Assembly: GCA_902768795.1 (NCBI GenBank)
Contig: CACXMS010000005.1
Span: forward strand, 18,492-82,491
Source of the DNA: an uncultured Eubacteriales bacterium
GTDB taxonomy: Bacteria; Bacillota; Clostridia; Christensenellales; CAG-138
DNA length: 64,000 bases
Reading direction: 5' to 3'
The notes below the pieces were generated by a model, which was not told where the DNA came from, did not search any database, and saw only the letters and a list, made by a program, of their open reading frames with translations. The position numbers and the translations under genes are program-made. Positions within the stretch are counted from its first letter, which is position 1. Every line of letters begins with the position of its first letter. Below are positions 37,751 to 46,737 of this stretch, one piece after another.

Positions 37751-39487
37751 TTATTTCGTCCCGGTCAGCGCGACGCCGTTCACGTACAGCGTATAGCCGT
37801 TGGAGATGACGTTGGATGCGTCGCCGGTAAACGAGGTGACATAGGTGTCCGCCGTCAGCGTCCAGGTGGATGTGCTGTCCAGCGTAACATGCACCGTGCC
37901 GACGTCGGTCGAAACGCTCGTTCCCTTGGCATTGGTGATGCTGCCCGAAACCGCGCCCGTAAAGGTCGAGCCGTCGGTGAGATTCAGCGTCAGCTCGGAA
38001 TCGCTGCCGACCAGGATCGTGCCGGAAAGCGCCTCATGGATTGCGTTCAGCGTCGCAACGTTGCCCGCGCCGCTCCATCCGTCCGCGCAGACCGACAGCA
38101 GAATGTTCTCGCCGTCCTCGTTGATCAGCGTGACGCCGGTCAGCGTGATGATTGCGTTCGTGTTCGTCACATGGAATACATGCCCGTTTTTGGAGGTCAG
38201 CGTGCCGCCGGTCATCGTAAACGAACTCGTGCCGGAATCGGCGTCGCCGGACATCGACTGGTAGATCATGATCGAATCGAAAAACGTGGCGTTGCCATTG
38301 CATTTGGTGTTGCTGGCGGTAAGGTTGCAGTCAACAAGCTCGATGCTGTTCTTGCCCTCGATGCACACGCCCTCGGACAGGTTGGAAACCAGCGTCGCGT
38401 TTGCAACATGAATCTCGGCCGTCGAATAGATCGCGGGCGAGCCGAGCCCGTTCGAGGTATAGGCGCCGCCGTTCACATAGACCGTTCCGCCGCCGCGGTC
38501 GGTGCGGATCGCAGCGGAGGACTGCCCGGAGGTGGTGACCGTCAGGTTGTTCGCATTCGTCACGCCGCCGCCCGTGGTCATGATGCCGCCGGAGCCGGAG
38601 CCGGTCGTGGTGATGACCGTATCGGAGATCGTCACGGTCGTGCCGTCGCCCGCCGCGCCGTTGCTGCCGCCGTTGCCGCCGTAGCAGAATACGCCGTTGG
38701 CGCCGGATGCGGAAGAAGTGATCGTGCCGCCGGTAATCGTAACGGAAGCGCCGTCCTTGACAAGCACCGCGGCGTTCAGCCCGTAAAAGTTGCAGTTGTC
38801 GCCGCCGTCGGAATCGCCGGTCTTCGTGACGGTCGGATTCGTGATCGTAACCGCGTCGCTTGTCGAGATCATCAGTGCGCTTTCATCCGCGGTCGTGCTC
38901 GCGTAGGTCTGATTTTCCTGCATGTCCGCGGAGGAAACCGTTACCACGCCGGCATAGCTGACGTCGGAAGCGCTGCCGCCGGGCTTGCCGCCGGGGTTGC
39001 CCGCACCGTCCGGTTTCCCGGAGGGTCGCTCGCCTTTTCCGTCCGGTTTCCCGGATGGCCGATCGCCTTTTCCGTCCGGTTTCCCGGAGGGTCGCTCGCC
39101 GGGTTTGCCGGGCATTCCGGAGGGACGCTCACCCGTTTCGCCGTCGGGCAGCGCGGGCGGCGTACCCATACCGTCCGGCAGCGCGGGCGGCGTGCCCATA
39201 CCGTCCGTCAGTTCGGGCGGCGCGCCCATACCGTCCGGCAGTTCGGGCGGCGCGCCCATACCTTCCGGCAGTTCGGGCGGCGTGCCCATACCTTCCGGCA
39301 GTTCGGGCGGCGTGCCCATACCGTCCGGCAGTTCGGGCGGCGTGCCCGACCCGGTATCCGGGAGAGCGCTTTCCAGGGCAGGGACTTCGGCGGCGGTTGC
39401 CGCGGAATCGTTCGGATCGGACGCAGCACACGCGGCCGAAAAAGCAAGAAGCAGCGCGGTGAGCGCAAAGCATAGAATTCGTTTCAT
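37751..39487 (-). CDS. Secreted lipoprotein with tandem Pro-rich repeats and a beta-helix (Cthe_2159-like carbohydrate-binding) domain
   Basis: Lipobox FSAAC. 7 x PPELPDGMGT and ~4 x GERPSGKPDGK repeats. Gly/Thr/Asn-rich beta-helix repeats (ITLTGVTLIN..., TITGGTITSS...). Confidence 0.7.
   Translation of the reverse strand: MKRILCFALTALLLAFSAACAASDPNDSAATAAEVPALESALPDTGSGTPPELPDGMGTPPELPEGMGTPPELPEGMGAPPELPDGMGAPPELTDGMGTPPALPDGMGTPPALPDGETGERPSGMPGKPGERPSGKPDGKGDRPSGKPDGKGERPSGKPDGAGNPGGKPGGSASDVSYAGVVTVSSADMQENQTYASTTADESALMISTSDAVTITNPTVTKTGDSDGGDNCNFYGLNAAVLVKDGASVTITGGTITSSASGANGVFCYGGNGGSNGAAGDGTTVTISDTVITTTGSGSGGIMTTGGGVTNANNLTVTTSGQSSAAIRTDRGGGTVYVNGGAYTSNGLGSPAIYSTAEIHVANATLVSNLSEGVCIEGKNSIELVDCNLTASNTKCNGNATFFDSIMIYQSMSGDADSGTSSFTMTGGTLTSKNGHVFHVTNTNAIITLTGVTLINEDGENILLSVCADGWSGAGNVATLNAIHEALSGTILVGSDSELTLNLTDGSTFTGAVSGSITNAKGTSVSTDVGTVHVTLDSTSTWTLTADTYVTSFTGDASNVISNGYTLYVNGVALTGTK
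38985..39346 (-). repeat. In-frame tandem repeats (7 x 30 bp, then ~4 x 33 bp) within the lipoprotein gene
   Basis: The near-identical unit ggcggcgtgcccataccgtccggcagttcg is repeated head-to-tail across 39137-39346. ccgtccggtttcccggaNggNcg... units span 38985-39136. Confidence 0.85.
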
Positions 39488-39670
39488 CGGTTCACACCTC
39501 TTTCTTTTTTTCGTATTGTATCCCGTGTACCTAAAACCAACCTAAAGAAAGCCGATGATTTTGAAAAAAATGCGGGCGGCGCTTTTTGCGCGGGATTCTT
39601 GACAGCAAAGCGGCGAAACGGTATGATTAATTGACAGACCGGAATCGGGGAAACCGGAAGGAAGGGGAAC

Positions 39671-40555
39671 ATGGAACACTATCGGGACAGAACCTTTGAC
39701 GAAGAAAGGGCGCTGTACGGAAGCGACGGCGTACTGCTGGAAAGCTGCCGCTTCGACGGGCCGGCCGACGGGGAAAGCGCGTTGAAAGAAAGCCGGAATA
39801 TCGAAGCGCGGGACTGTTGGTTCAATCTGCGCTACCCGTTCTGGCATGATACGCACGTGAAGATCGTCGGCGGCGAGATGACCGCGTTCTGCCGCGCCGC
39901 GCTGTGGTATTCCGAGGATATCGCGCTCTCGGACCTGAAGATGCACGGAATCAAGGCGCTGCGCGAGTGCGAAGCCGTGCGGATCGATCGATGCGACATC
40001 GCATCCCCGGAATTCGGATGGTCGGTCAGGGGCATTACGGCGCGGGATACGACCGCCGAGGGCGAGTATTTTATGATGCGCGCCGAGCGGCTGTCCTTTC
40101 GGAACGTCACGCTGAAGGGCAAGTATGCGTTTCAGTACATCCGGGACGCGGTCTTTGAAAACTGCACGTTCGATACGAAGGACGCGTTCTGGCATGCCGA
40201 AAACGTGACCGTCAAAAACAGCGTGATCCGGGGAGAATACCTGGCGTGGTACAGCAGAAACGTCACATTTGAAAACTGCACCCTGATCGGCACGCAGCCG
40301 CTGTGCTACTGCAAGGGGCTGAAGCTCGTGCAATGCCGAATGCTCGGCGCCGATCTGGCGTTTGAAAAGTCCGAGGCGGACGCAAGCGTCACGACGCCCG
40401 TAATCAGCATCAAAAACCCGAGAGCGGGCAGGATCGTCGTCCCCGGCGTCAACGCGCTGATTTGGGACGATCCCTTGGCAAAGGGGCAGGTACTCATAGG
40501 CGACGAGGGCAGGCAGACAGCAAAAGCATCCGATCCGGAGGGAGGAATCATATGA
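39671..40555 (+). CDS. DUF3737-family (beta-helix) protein
   Basis: 294 aa. Repeated FENCT/LxNVT-type beta-helix rungs. N-terminal FDEERALYG. Confidence 0.55.
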   Translation: MEHYRDRTFDEERALYGSDGVLLESCRFDGPADGESALKESRNIEARDCWFNLRYPFWHDTHVKIVGGEMTAFCRAALWYSEDIALSDLKMHGIKALRECEAVRIDRCDIASPEFGWSVRGITARDTTAEGEYFMMRAERLSFRNVTLKGKYAFQYIRDAVFENCTFDTKDAFWHAENVTVKNSVIRGEYLAWYSRNVTFENCTLIGTQPLCYCKGLKLVQCRMLGADLAFEKSEADASVTTPVISIKNPRAGRIVVPGVNALIWDDPLAKGQVLIGDEGRQTAKASDPEGGII

Positions 40556-40977
40556 TTCACAATGCGACAAAACTGATCGAAGCAAAGTTCAGAAGCGAAG
40601 GGCTGAAGGTTCAGATCGAGGACGCCGGAGAGATTTCGGCGGTTCTGTGCGGTCTTGGCGGCAAGAACTGCGCGCTGCGCGTCAACTGGCTCTCGCTCGG
40701 GGAGGAGAACGATGCAAAGATGCTGAGCGCGCCGATCGCGCGCTTCCCCGAGGAGAAGCGCGACGCGGGATATCGCCTTGCCAACGATCTCAACGTCCGG
40801 TACCGGTTTGTCCGGTGGGTGATCGATCCGGACGGCGATCTGCACGTCGAGTACGATCTGCCCACCGGCACGCCCTCGGTCGTGCTGGGCGAGGCCGCGT
40901 TCGAAATCACGGTCCGCGCCCTGAAGATCGTCGACGAAACCTATCCTTCCATCATGCGGACGCTCTGGGCCGAGTGA
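40552..40977 (+). CDS. YbjN-like (putative sensory-transduction/chaperone-like) protein
   Basis: 141 aa. ATGA overlap with the upstream gene. Strong GGAGGGAGG RBS. Family call is tentative. Confidence 0.4.
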   Translation: MIHNATKLIEAKFRSEGLKVQIEDAGEISAVLCGLGGKNCALRVNWLSLGEENDAKMLSAPIARFPEEKRDAGYRLANDLNVRYRFVRWVIDPDGDLHVEYDLPTGTPSVVLGEAAFEITVRALKIVDETYPSIMRTLWAE

Positions 40978-41071
40978 TCCGTTCCAACCGATCGGCACAA
41001 AAGCGCCGCTTCAAAAGCCCGGCTTCCGGAACGCTTTTGAAACGGCGTTTCTTCTTTTTCGGCGGTCGGCG

Positions 41072-41791
41072 TCAGGAGACGGGGAAGCGGATGAACGCGC
41101 GGAACGCTTCTTCGGAGCAGTTCAGAATCAGGGATTCGTCAAACCCGGCCGCGTCAAGGAGCGCGATTGCTTCGTCGAATCTGCCGACCTGACTCGGATC
41201 GTGCGCGTCCGAACCGAGAAACACCGGCACGCGGTATTGCATGCAAAGCTTCAGATAGGTGCGGATGTTTTCCAGACAGTTCTTTTTCCAGCCGCCCCGT
41301 ACCGTCGCGTTGTTGACTTCGAGCGCGACGCCGTACTCCTTTGCGGCGCAGACGAGCCGCTCATAGTCCAGAGGCCACGTTCCGTCGTCCGGATGCGAAA
41401 GGAAGAACGTCTTCGGGTGCTTCATGCAGCGGATCAGATTGTCCGTGTTCTTTGCGACGCCCTGATCCGTATAGCAGGCGCCGTGAATGCCGACGATGTT
41501 GTAGTCAAGCCCCTCGAGGATCCGCTCCGGAAGCGCCATCGTCCCGTCGGGCAGGACGTTGTTTTCCACGCCGAAATAGAGATGGACCCCGTACAGCGTG
41601 CGCGGGATCGCGCGCAGATTTGTGAAATGGATCGGATCGCAGGTTCCCGGCGTGCCGGGCGCGTGATCGCTGATCCCGAGCGCCTTCAGCCCGATCTCCT
41701 TTGCCGCGAGCGCATTTTCGCGCACCGTTCCGTACGCGTGCCCCGACGCGACCGTATGCGTATGGATGTCCAAAACTGCCTGCCGTTTCAT
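41072..41791 (-). CDS. PHP-family phosphatase (YcdX-like)
   Basis: LDIHTHTVASGHA metal-binding start, SDHAPG, GSDAHD. 239 aa from MKRQ. Confidence 0.8.
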   Translation of the reverse strand: MKRQAVLDIHTHTVASGHAYGTVRENALAAKEIGLKALGISDHAPGTPGTCDPIHFTNLRAIPRTLYGVHLYFGVENNVLPDGTMALPERILEGLDYNIVGIHGACYTDQGVAKNTDNLIRCMKHPKTFFLSHPDDGTWPLDYERLVCAAKEYGVALEVNNATVRGGWKKNCLENIRTYLKLCMQYRVPVFLGSDAHDPSQVGRFDEAIALLDAAGFDESLILNCSEEAFRAFIRFPVS

Positions 41792-41893
41792 CTTGCCGCT
41801 CCGTTTCTTTTTTCTCATTATGCTATAAACTCGCTTCGCTGTCAAGGGAGCGGACGGCGCGCCGCTTTTGCGCCGCAGGGCGCGAAAAACGAA

Positions 41894-41922
41894 TTGACCG
41901 GCGGAACCGAATGTACTATAAT
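41894..41922 (+). promoter_or_regulatory. Putative feoAB promoter
   Basis: TTGACC, 17 nt spacer, TATAAT. Confidence 0.55.
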
Positions 41923-41954
41923 AAGAACACAAATGCAAATCGGAGAGTGGTTGT

Positions 41955-44300
41955 ATGAACCTAAAGGAATTAGGCGTCGGGAAGTCGGCTGTGATCGGGC
42001 GCGTCGGAAACGAAGGCGCGCTGCGGCAGCATCTGCTCGATATGGGCGTACTGCCGGGCGCCCTCGTCACGGTGACCAAGCTCGCGCCGCAGGGCGACCC
42101 GATGGAGATCCGCATTCACGGCTATGAGCTGACGCTTCGCCTTGCCGACGCGGAATTGATCGAGATCACGCCCGCAGGGCCGGCCGCGCCGGAGGGGGAA
42201 AAGCCGCGCACCCGAAACAGTACCGCGCACCCCGGTCTCGGAGAAGAGGGCAAGTTCCATCCGAAGGGCAGCGGCGATCCGCTTCCCGACGGTACGACGC
42301 TGACGTTTGCGCTCGTCGGGAATCAGAACAGCGGCAAAACGACGCTGTTCAATCAGCTGACCGGCTCCAACCAGCATGTCGGTAACTTTCCCGGCGTCAC
42401 CGTCGACCGCAAGGACGGCGCGATCCGCGGCTATCCGAACACGCGCGTGACCGATCTGCCGGGCATCTATTCGATGTCGCCGTATTCGAATGAGGAAATC
42501 GTTTCGCGCAACTTCGTGCTGGAGGAAAAACCGCACGCGATCATCAATATCATCGACGTAACCAGCATTGAGCGCAGTCTGTACCTTACGATGCAGCTGC
42601 TCGAAACGGAGATTCCGCTCGTCGTCGCGCTCAACATGATGGACGAAATGACCGGCAACGGCGGTTCCGTGGACGTCAACGCGATGGAAGCGCTTCTCGG
42701 CGTTCCCGTCGTTCCGATCTCCGCCGCCAAAAACCAGGGCGTGGACGAGCTTGTCAAGCACGCGATGCACATCGCCAGGTACCGCGAAAAACCGCTGCGG
42801 CAGGACTTTTGCGACAGCAGCGACAACGGCGGCGCCGTGCATCGCTGTTTGCACGCGGTCGTGCATCTGATTGAGGATCACGCCGCTGCGGCGCAGATCC
42901 CTGTCCGCTTTGCCGCAGCCAAGCTGATCGAGGGCGACGAACAGATTCTTTCCCGCTTGAAGCTCGATACAAACGAACGCGAGCTGCTGGATCACATCGT
43001 TTTGCAGATGGAAAAGGAGCGCGGACTCGACCACAGCGCCGCAATCGCGGATATGCGGTACACGTTCCTCTATAAGGTCTGCGACCGCAGCGTCCGAAAG
43101 CCGACGCAGAGCCGCGAGCGCGCCCGCAGCGAGCGCATCGACCGCGTTCTGACGGGGAAATGGACGGCGATCCCGTTTTTCCTTCTGATCATGGGGCTGG
43201 TCTTTTACCTGACCTTCGGGCTGATCGGGCCGTTTTTGCAGGACCTTCTGCAGAGCGGGATCGACGCGCTGGCCGGCCTTGTCGGAGGAGCGATGGAGGC
43301 GGGGAACGTCAACGCCGCGATCCGGAGTCTGGTGCTCGAGGGCGTCTTTGAGGGCGTCGGCAGCGTCGTGAGCTTTCTGCCGATCATCGTCACAATGTTC
43401 TTCTTCCTCTCCATGCTCGAGGACAGCGGCTATATCGCACGCGTCGCGTTCTTCATGGACAAATCGCTTCGGCGGCTCGGGCTTTCCGGCCGCAGCATCG
43501 TTCCGCTTCTGATCGGATTCGGCTGTACCGTACCGGCGGTCATGTCCACGCGCACGCTCCCGAGCGAACGCGACCGCCGCATGACGATCCTTCTGACCCC
43601 GTTTATGAGCTGTACGGCAAAGCTCCCGATCTACGGGTTCTTCATCAGCGCGTTCTTCCCGGGGCAGGCATGGTGGATCGTGATCGCGCTGTATCTATGC
43701 GGCATCCTTGTTGGAATTCTGGTCGCGCTGCTGTTCAAGAACACGCTGTTTCGCGGGGAAGCCGTGCCGTTTGTCATGGAGCTGCCGAACTACCGCCTGC
43801 CGAGCCCGCGCAGCGTCCTCCTGCTGCTGTGGGAAAAGACGAAGGATTTTCTGCACCGCGCCGTGACCGTGATTCTGATCGCGTCGATCGTCGTCTGGTT
43901 TTTGAAGAGCTTTGATTTCCGCTTCAATCTTGTGGCGGACGGCGACCGCACGAGCATCCTGGCAACGCTTTCCGGCCTGCTCGTTCCGGTCATGCGGCCG
44001 GTCGGTCTCGGAGACTGGCGGATCGTTACGTCGCTGATCAGCGGATTCATCGCAAAGGAGAGTGTCGTTTCGTCGATGAACCTGCTGTTTGCCGACGGCG
44101 TAACCGCGATCGGCACGCTGTCCGCGGCGTCGATGCTTGTGTTCAGCCTGCTGTATACGCCCTGCGTCGCGGCGATCGCCTCGATTCGCCGTGAGCTCGG
44201 CCGTCGGAACGCCGCGCTGCTGGTGCTTTGGCAGTGCGCGCTTGCATGGATCGCCGCGCTGCTTGTGCATCTGGTTGGAATGCTGCTCGGAGGTGTGTGA
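41955..44300 (+). CDS. feoB: Ferrous iron transporter FeoB with fused N-terminal FeoA domain
   Basis: FeoA-like SH3 domain in aa 1-75. G-domain GNQNSGKTTLFN and DLPG. Polytopic C-terminal permease. Confidence 0.9.
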   Translation: MNLKELGVGKSAVIGRVGNEGALRQHLLDMGVLPGALVTVTKLAPQGDPMEIRIHGYELTLRLADAELIEITPAGPAAPEGEKPRTRNSTAHPGLGEEGKFHPKGSGDPLPDGTTLTFALVGNQNSGKTTLFNQLTGSNQHVGNFPGVTVDRKDGAIRGYPNTRVTDLPGIYSMSPYSNEEIVSRNFVLEEKPHAIINIIDVTSIERSLYLTMQLLETEIPLVVALNMMDEMTGNGGSVDVNAMEALLGVPVVPISAAKNQGVDELVKHAMHIARYREKPLRQDFCDSSDNGGAVHRCLHAVVHLIEDHAAAAQIPVRFAAAKLIEGDEQILSRLKLDTNERELLDHIVLQMEKERGLDHSAAIADMRYTFLYKVCDRSVRKPTQSRERARSERIDRVLTGKWTAIPFFLLIMGLVFYLTFGLIGPFLQDLLQSGIDALAGLVGGAMEAGNVNAAIRSLVLEGVFEGVGSVVSFLPIIVTMFFFLSMLEDSGYIARVAFFMDKSLRRLGLSGRSIVPLLIGFGCTVPAVMSTRTLPSERDRRMTILLTPFMSCTAKLPIYGFFISAFFPGQAWWIVIALYLCGILVGILVALLFKNTLFRGEAVPFVMELPNYRLPSPRSVLLLLWEKTKDFLHRAVTVILIASIVVWFLKSFDFRFNLVADGDRTSILATLSGLLVPVMRPVGLGDWRIVTSLISGFIAKESVVSSMNLLFADGVTAIGTLSAASMLVFSLLYTPCVAAIASIRRELGRRNAALLVLWQCALAWIAALLVHLVGMLLGGV

Positions 44301-44503
44301 TGCATCTTTGGGATTATGTGATTCTCGCAGCGATCCTGCTTGCCGTCGCCGTCGCCGTCGTTTCCGTGCTGCTGCGCCGTAAGAAGGGCTGCGGCTGCGG
44401 CTGCGAAGGATGCTCCGCTGCCTGCCCGCTGGCGGGCGGCGCCGATCCGGACGCAAAGGACGGGGAAGCGAGCGCCCAAAAGAAACCGCCGCGCGGGGAA
44501 TAA
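44300..44503 (+). CDS. FeoB-associated Cys-rich membrane protein
   Basis: One TM segment followed by GCGCGCEGCSAAC. The start overlaps the feoB stop. Confidence 0.7.
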   Translation: MHLWDYVILAAILLAVAVAVVSVLLRRKKGCGCGCEGCSAACPLAGGADPDAKDGEASAQKKPPRGE

Positions 44504-44553
44504 ACCGATTGCCGATAAAAAGCGGAGCGTAATGCTCCGCTTCCGGCTGCTGC

Positions 44554-44642
44554 AAAAGGGGGCAGACCGTTTTCAGCGGATTACGGAAAGGAATATTTGC
44601 AGGCGGAAAAGACGGAGAACTCCGTCTTTTCTTGGATCATGC
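44554..44642. repeat. Truncated copy B (5' half) of the intergenic repeat family
   Basis: aaaagggggcagaccgttttcagcgg...gaaaagacggag-aac-tccgtcttttcttggatcatgc. Same orientation as copies A and C. Confidence 0.7.
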
Positions 44643-44766
44643 TTTTTTTTGCAACGAAACAGGCGCTTCGGCGGTATTATTGGCAAAGGAACCGACGGCG
44701 GCTTTCCCGAAAGGGAATCGTTTCCGACGGTTTGTTCCCAAAAACAAGAGATACGGAGAAATAAAA

Positions 44767-46041
44767 ATGAAACAAATGCTTTGTATTCTGTTTGCGATGA
44801 CGCTGTTGCTGTGCGGCTGCGTTCCTTCGGGCGGATCCGTTTCTTTGGGGGAGGAGGAACAGCCCTCCGCTGTGACGCCGACCGAAGAACCGATGTCGCT
44901 GCCGTCCTTTATGGACCTCGGGATCACCGGTTACGACGGATTCTGCGACGTGCTTGCCGCGAAGCTGATCGACGGCTCGAAAAACAGCAACCTTTCCCCG
45001 ATCAGCGTTTATCTTGCGCTGGCAATGGTCGCGGACGGCGCAAGGGGCGAGACGCAGACCGCTATGCTGAACCTTCTCGGCTGCGACAGCGTTGAGGAAT
45101 TGCGCGGCGTCTGCGGCGCGATGCTCCAGGAGCTTTCGGTCGAAACGGAAGACAGCACGCTTGCGCTTGCAAATTCGATCTGGATGGCGGGTCAGGAGGA
45201 AACGGTTTCGTTCAACGGCGCGTATCTGAAGACCCTTTCCGACGTTTATCGCGCCGAAGCGAATGTCGTGAATTTCGGAAAAGAAGAAACGAGCCGGCAG
45301 ATCGCGGACTGGATCACGGAACAAACCCGCGGCAAAATCAAAATTTCCGAGGACGCGATGCAGTTTACCCCGGATACGATCGCCGTACTGATCAACACGA
45401 TCTACCTGAAGGCCGCGTGGATCGATGCGTTCCCGGAAGGCGCGACGGAGGCGGGGACGTTCTTCGGCCCCGAAGGAGAATCGACCGTCGATTACATGCG
45501 CCGCACGGATTACGGGAAGACCGTCGTGCAGGGCGACGGGTTTATGCGGTATTCGATTCCGCTGCTCGGCGTCGGGCGCATGACGCTTATCCTTCCGGAC
45601 GAAGGCACGGCGTTTTCCGATCTCCTCGGCAGCCCGGAACGGATCCACGCGCTGCTGCACGGCGGACAGGAGATCCGCGCGAACGTCCATGTGAAGCTGC
45701 CGAAATTCAGGTTTCAGGATCGCTTTGACCTGAACGACACGCTGAAAGCGCTCGGCATGGAGATTGCGTTCTCAAACGGCGCGGATTTTTCCGGCATGGG
45801 CGATTTCAACGCAAAAATCTCGCGCGTACTGCAGGAATCCTTCATCGGAGTCGATGAAAAGGGCGTCGAAGCGGCGGCATATACGATGGTTGTGATGGAA
45901 AAGGCGGCATTCTCGATGCCGGAGGAGCTGCCCGAGATCGATTTCTTCCTGACGCGCCCGTTCCTTTACGCGATCGAAGCGTATGACGGTACGGTGCTGT
46001 TCATCGGCTCGGTAACCGCGCCCGATTCGTCCGCCCGTTGA
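44767..46041 (+). CDS. Serpin-family protease inhibitor, lipoprotein
   Basis: Lipobox LLCGC. Serpin N-terminal motif NLSPISVYLALAMVADGARGETQ. Hinge EKGVEAAAYT. C-terminal FLTRPFLYAI. Confidence 0.85.
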   Translation: MKQMLCILFAMTLLLCGCVPSGGSVSLGEEEQPSAVTPTEEPMSLPSFMDLGITGYDGFCDVLAAKLIDGSKNSNLSPISVYLALAMVADGARGETQTAMLNLLGCDSVEELRGVCGAMLQELSVETEDSTLALANSIWMAGQEETVSFNGAYLKTLSDVYRAEANVVNFGKEETSRQIADWITEQTRGKIKISEDAMQFTPDTIAVLINTIYLKAAWIDAFPEGATEAGTFFGPEGESTVDYMRRTDYGKTVVQGDGFMRYSIPLLGVGRMTLILPDEGTAFSDLLGSPERIHALLHGGQEIRANVHVKLPKFRFQDRFDLNDTLKALGMEIAFSNGADFSGMGDFNAKISRVLQESFIGVDEKGVEAAAYTMVVMEKAAFSMPEELPEIDFFLTRPFLYAIEAYDGTVLFIGSVTAPDSSAR

Positions 46042-46107
46042 AAAACGCTTTTGAAAAGGCGGCACGCCGCGAATCAGACGCAGTTCGGTTTCAGTTTGGA
46101 TCGGGGT

Positions 46108-46329
46108 TTATTTGGCCGCCTTTTTCCGACAGAGGATCGCCAGTACGATGCTGATCGTAATACCGACGGCAAAGGGAATCGCGTAGAGAAAAGCGGTGTC
46201 GGCCGGCGCGCTGTACCCGGCGTACTTTCCGCCCCAAAGCAGATCGCAGTAGTTATACGCCACGACAGCGCACATACAGTCCGACAGAAGGGCTGCCAGC
46301 ACCCAGAAAACAACGGACAGTTTTTTCAT
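46108..46329 (-). CDS. Small two-TM membrane protein, hypothetical
   Basis: 73 aa. GGAGG RBS. Two hydrophobic helices and a KKAAK tail. Confidence 0.5.
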   Translation of the reverse strand: MKKLSVVFWVLAALLSDCMCAVVAYNYCDLLWGGKYAGYSAPADTAFLYAIPFAVGITISIVLAILCRKKAAK

Positions 46330-46377
46330 ACAGTTTCCTCCCGGACAGGAGCCGCATCGGCTCCTTCAGACTGTCGC

Positions 46378-46585
46378 AAAAGGGGTCAGACCGTTTGCGG
46401 CAAGAAAATTTGATAGAACTGCTGCAGGTTGAAAGGGCCGGAAAGCCCTTTCTTTGATTGAAAACTCGCCGCAAACGATCCGCGTTTTCGCTCCGTCGCA
46501 TACGTCAGTATAGCTCCGTTGCGAAAAAGCGAATTCTGCCTCCCTTATCAACAGTCTGTGCAGCGTGCCAAAAGGTTTTTGGCAC
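46378..46585. repeat. Intergenic repeat element, full copy C (~208 bp)
   Basis: Collinear with copy A. Flanked by the 18-bp direct repeat caggagccgcatcggctc at 46346-46363 and 46590-46607. Confidence 0.75.
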
Positions 46586-46737
46586 GCTGCAGGAGCCGCA
46601 TCGGCTCTTTTTTTCATAGGATAGACAGACGCGCATTTGCTTGCAGAGCGCGGCCTGCGGATAACCTTTCTGAATGCGGCAGGCATCCGATTCAGCGCAT
46701 GATCGGCGAACCCGGTTGGTAGCGGATCCCCGGAACG

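Noticed and set aside
38985-39346. Regularly spaced ~30-bp direct repeats that could superficially resemble a CRISPR array.
   Set aside because: The units are contiguous with no unique spacers. They are in frame within a lipoprotein ORF, encoding PPELPDGMGT and GERPSGKPDGK, and no cas genes are present.
41894-41954. A Fur box at the feoAB promoter.
   Set aside because: There is no convincing match to the 7-1-7 TGATAAT-N-ATTATCA motif, only generic AT-rich sequence after the -10.
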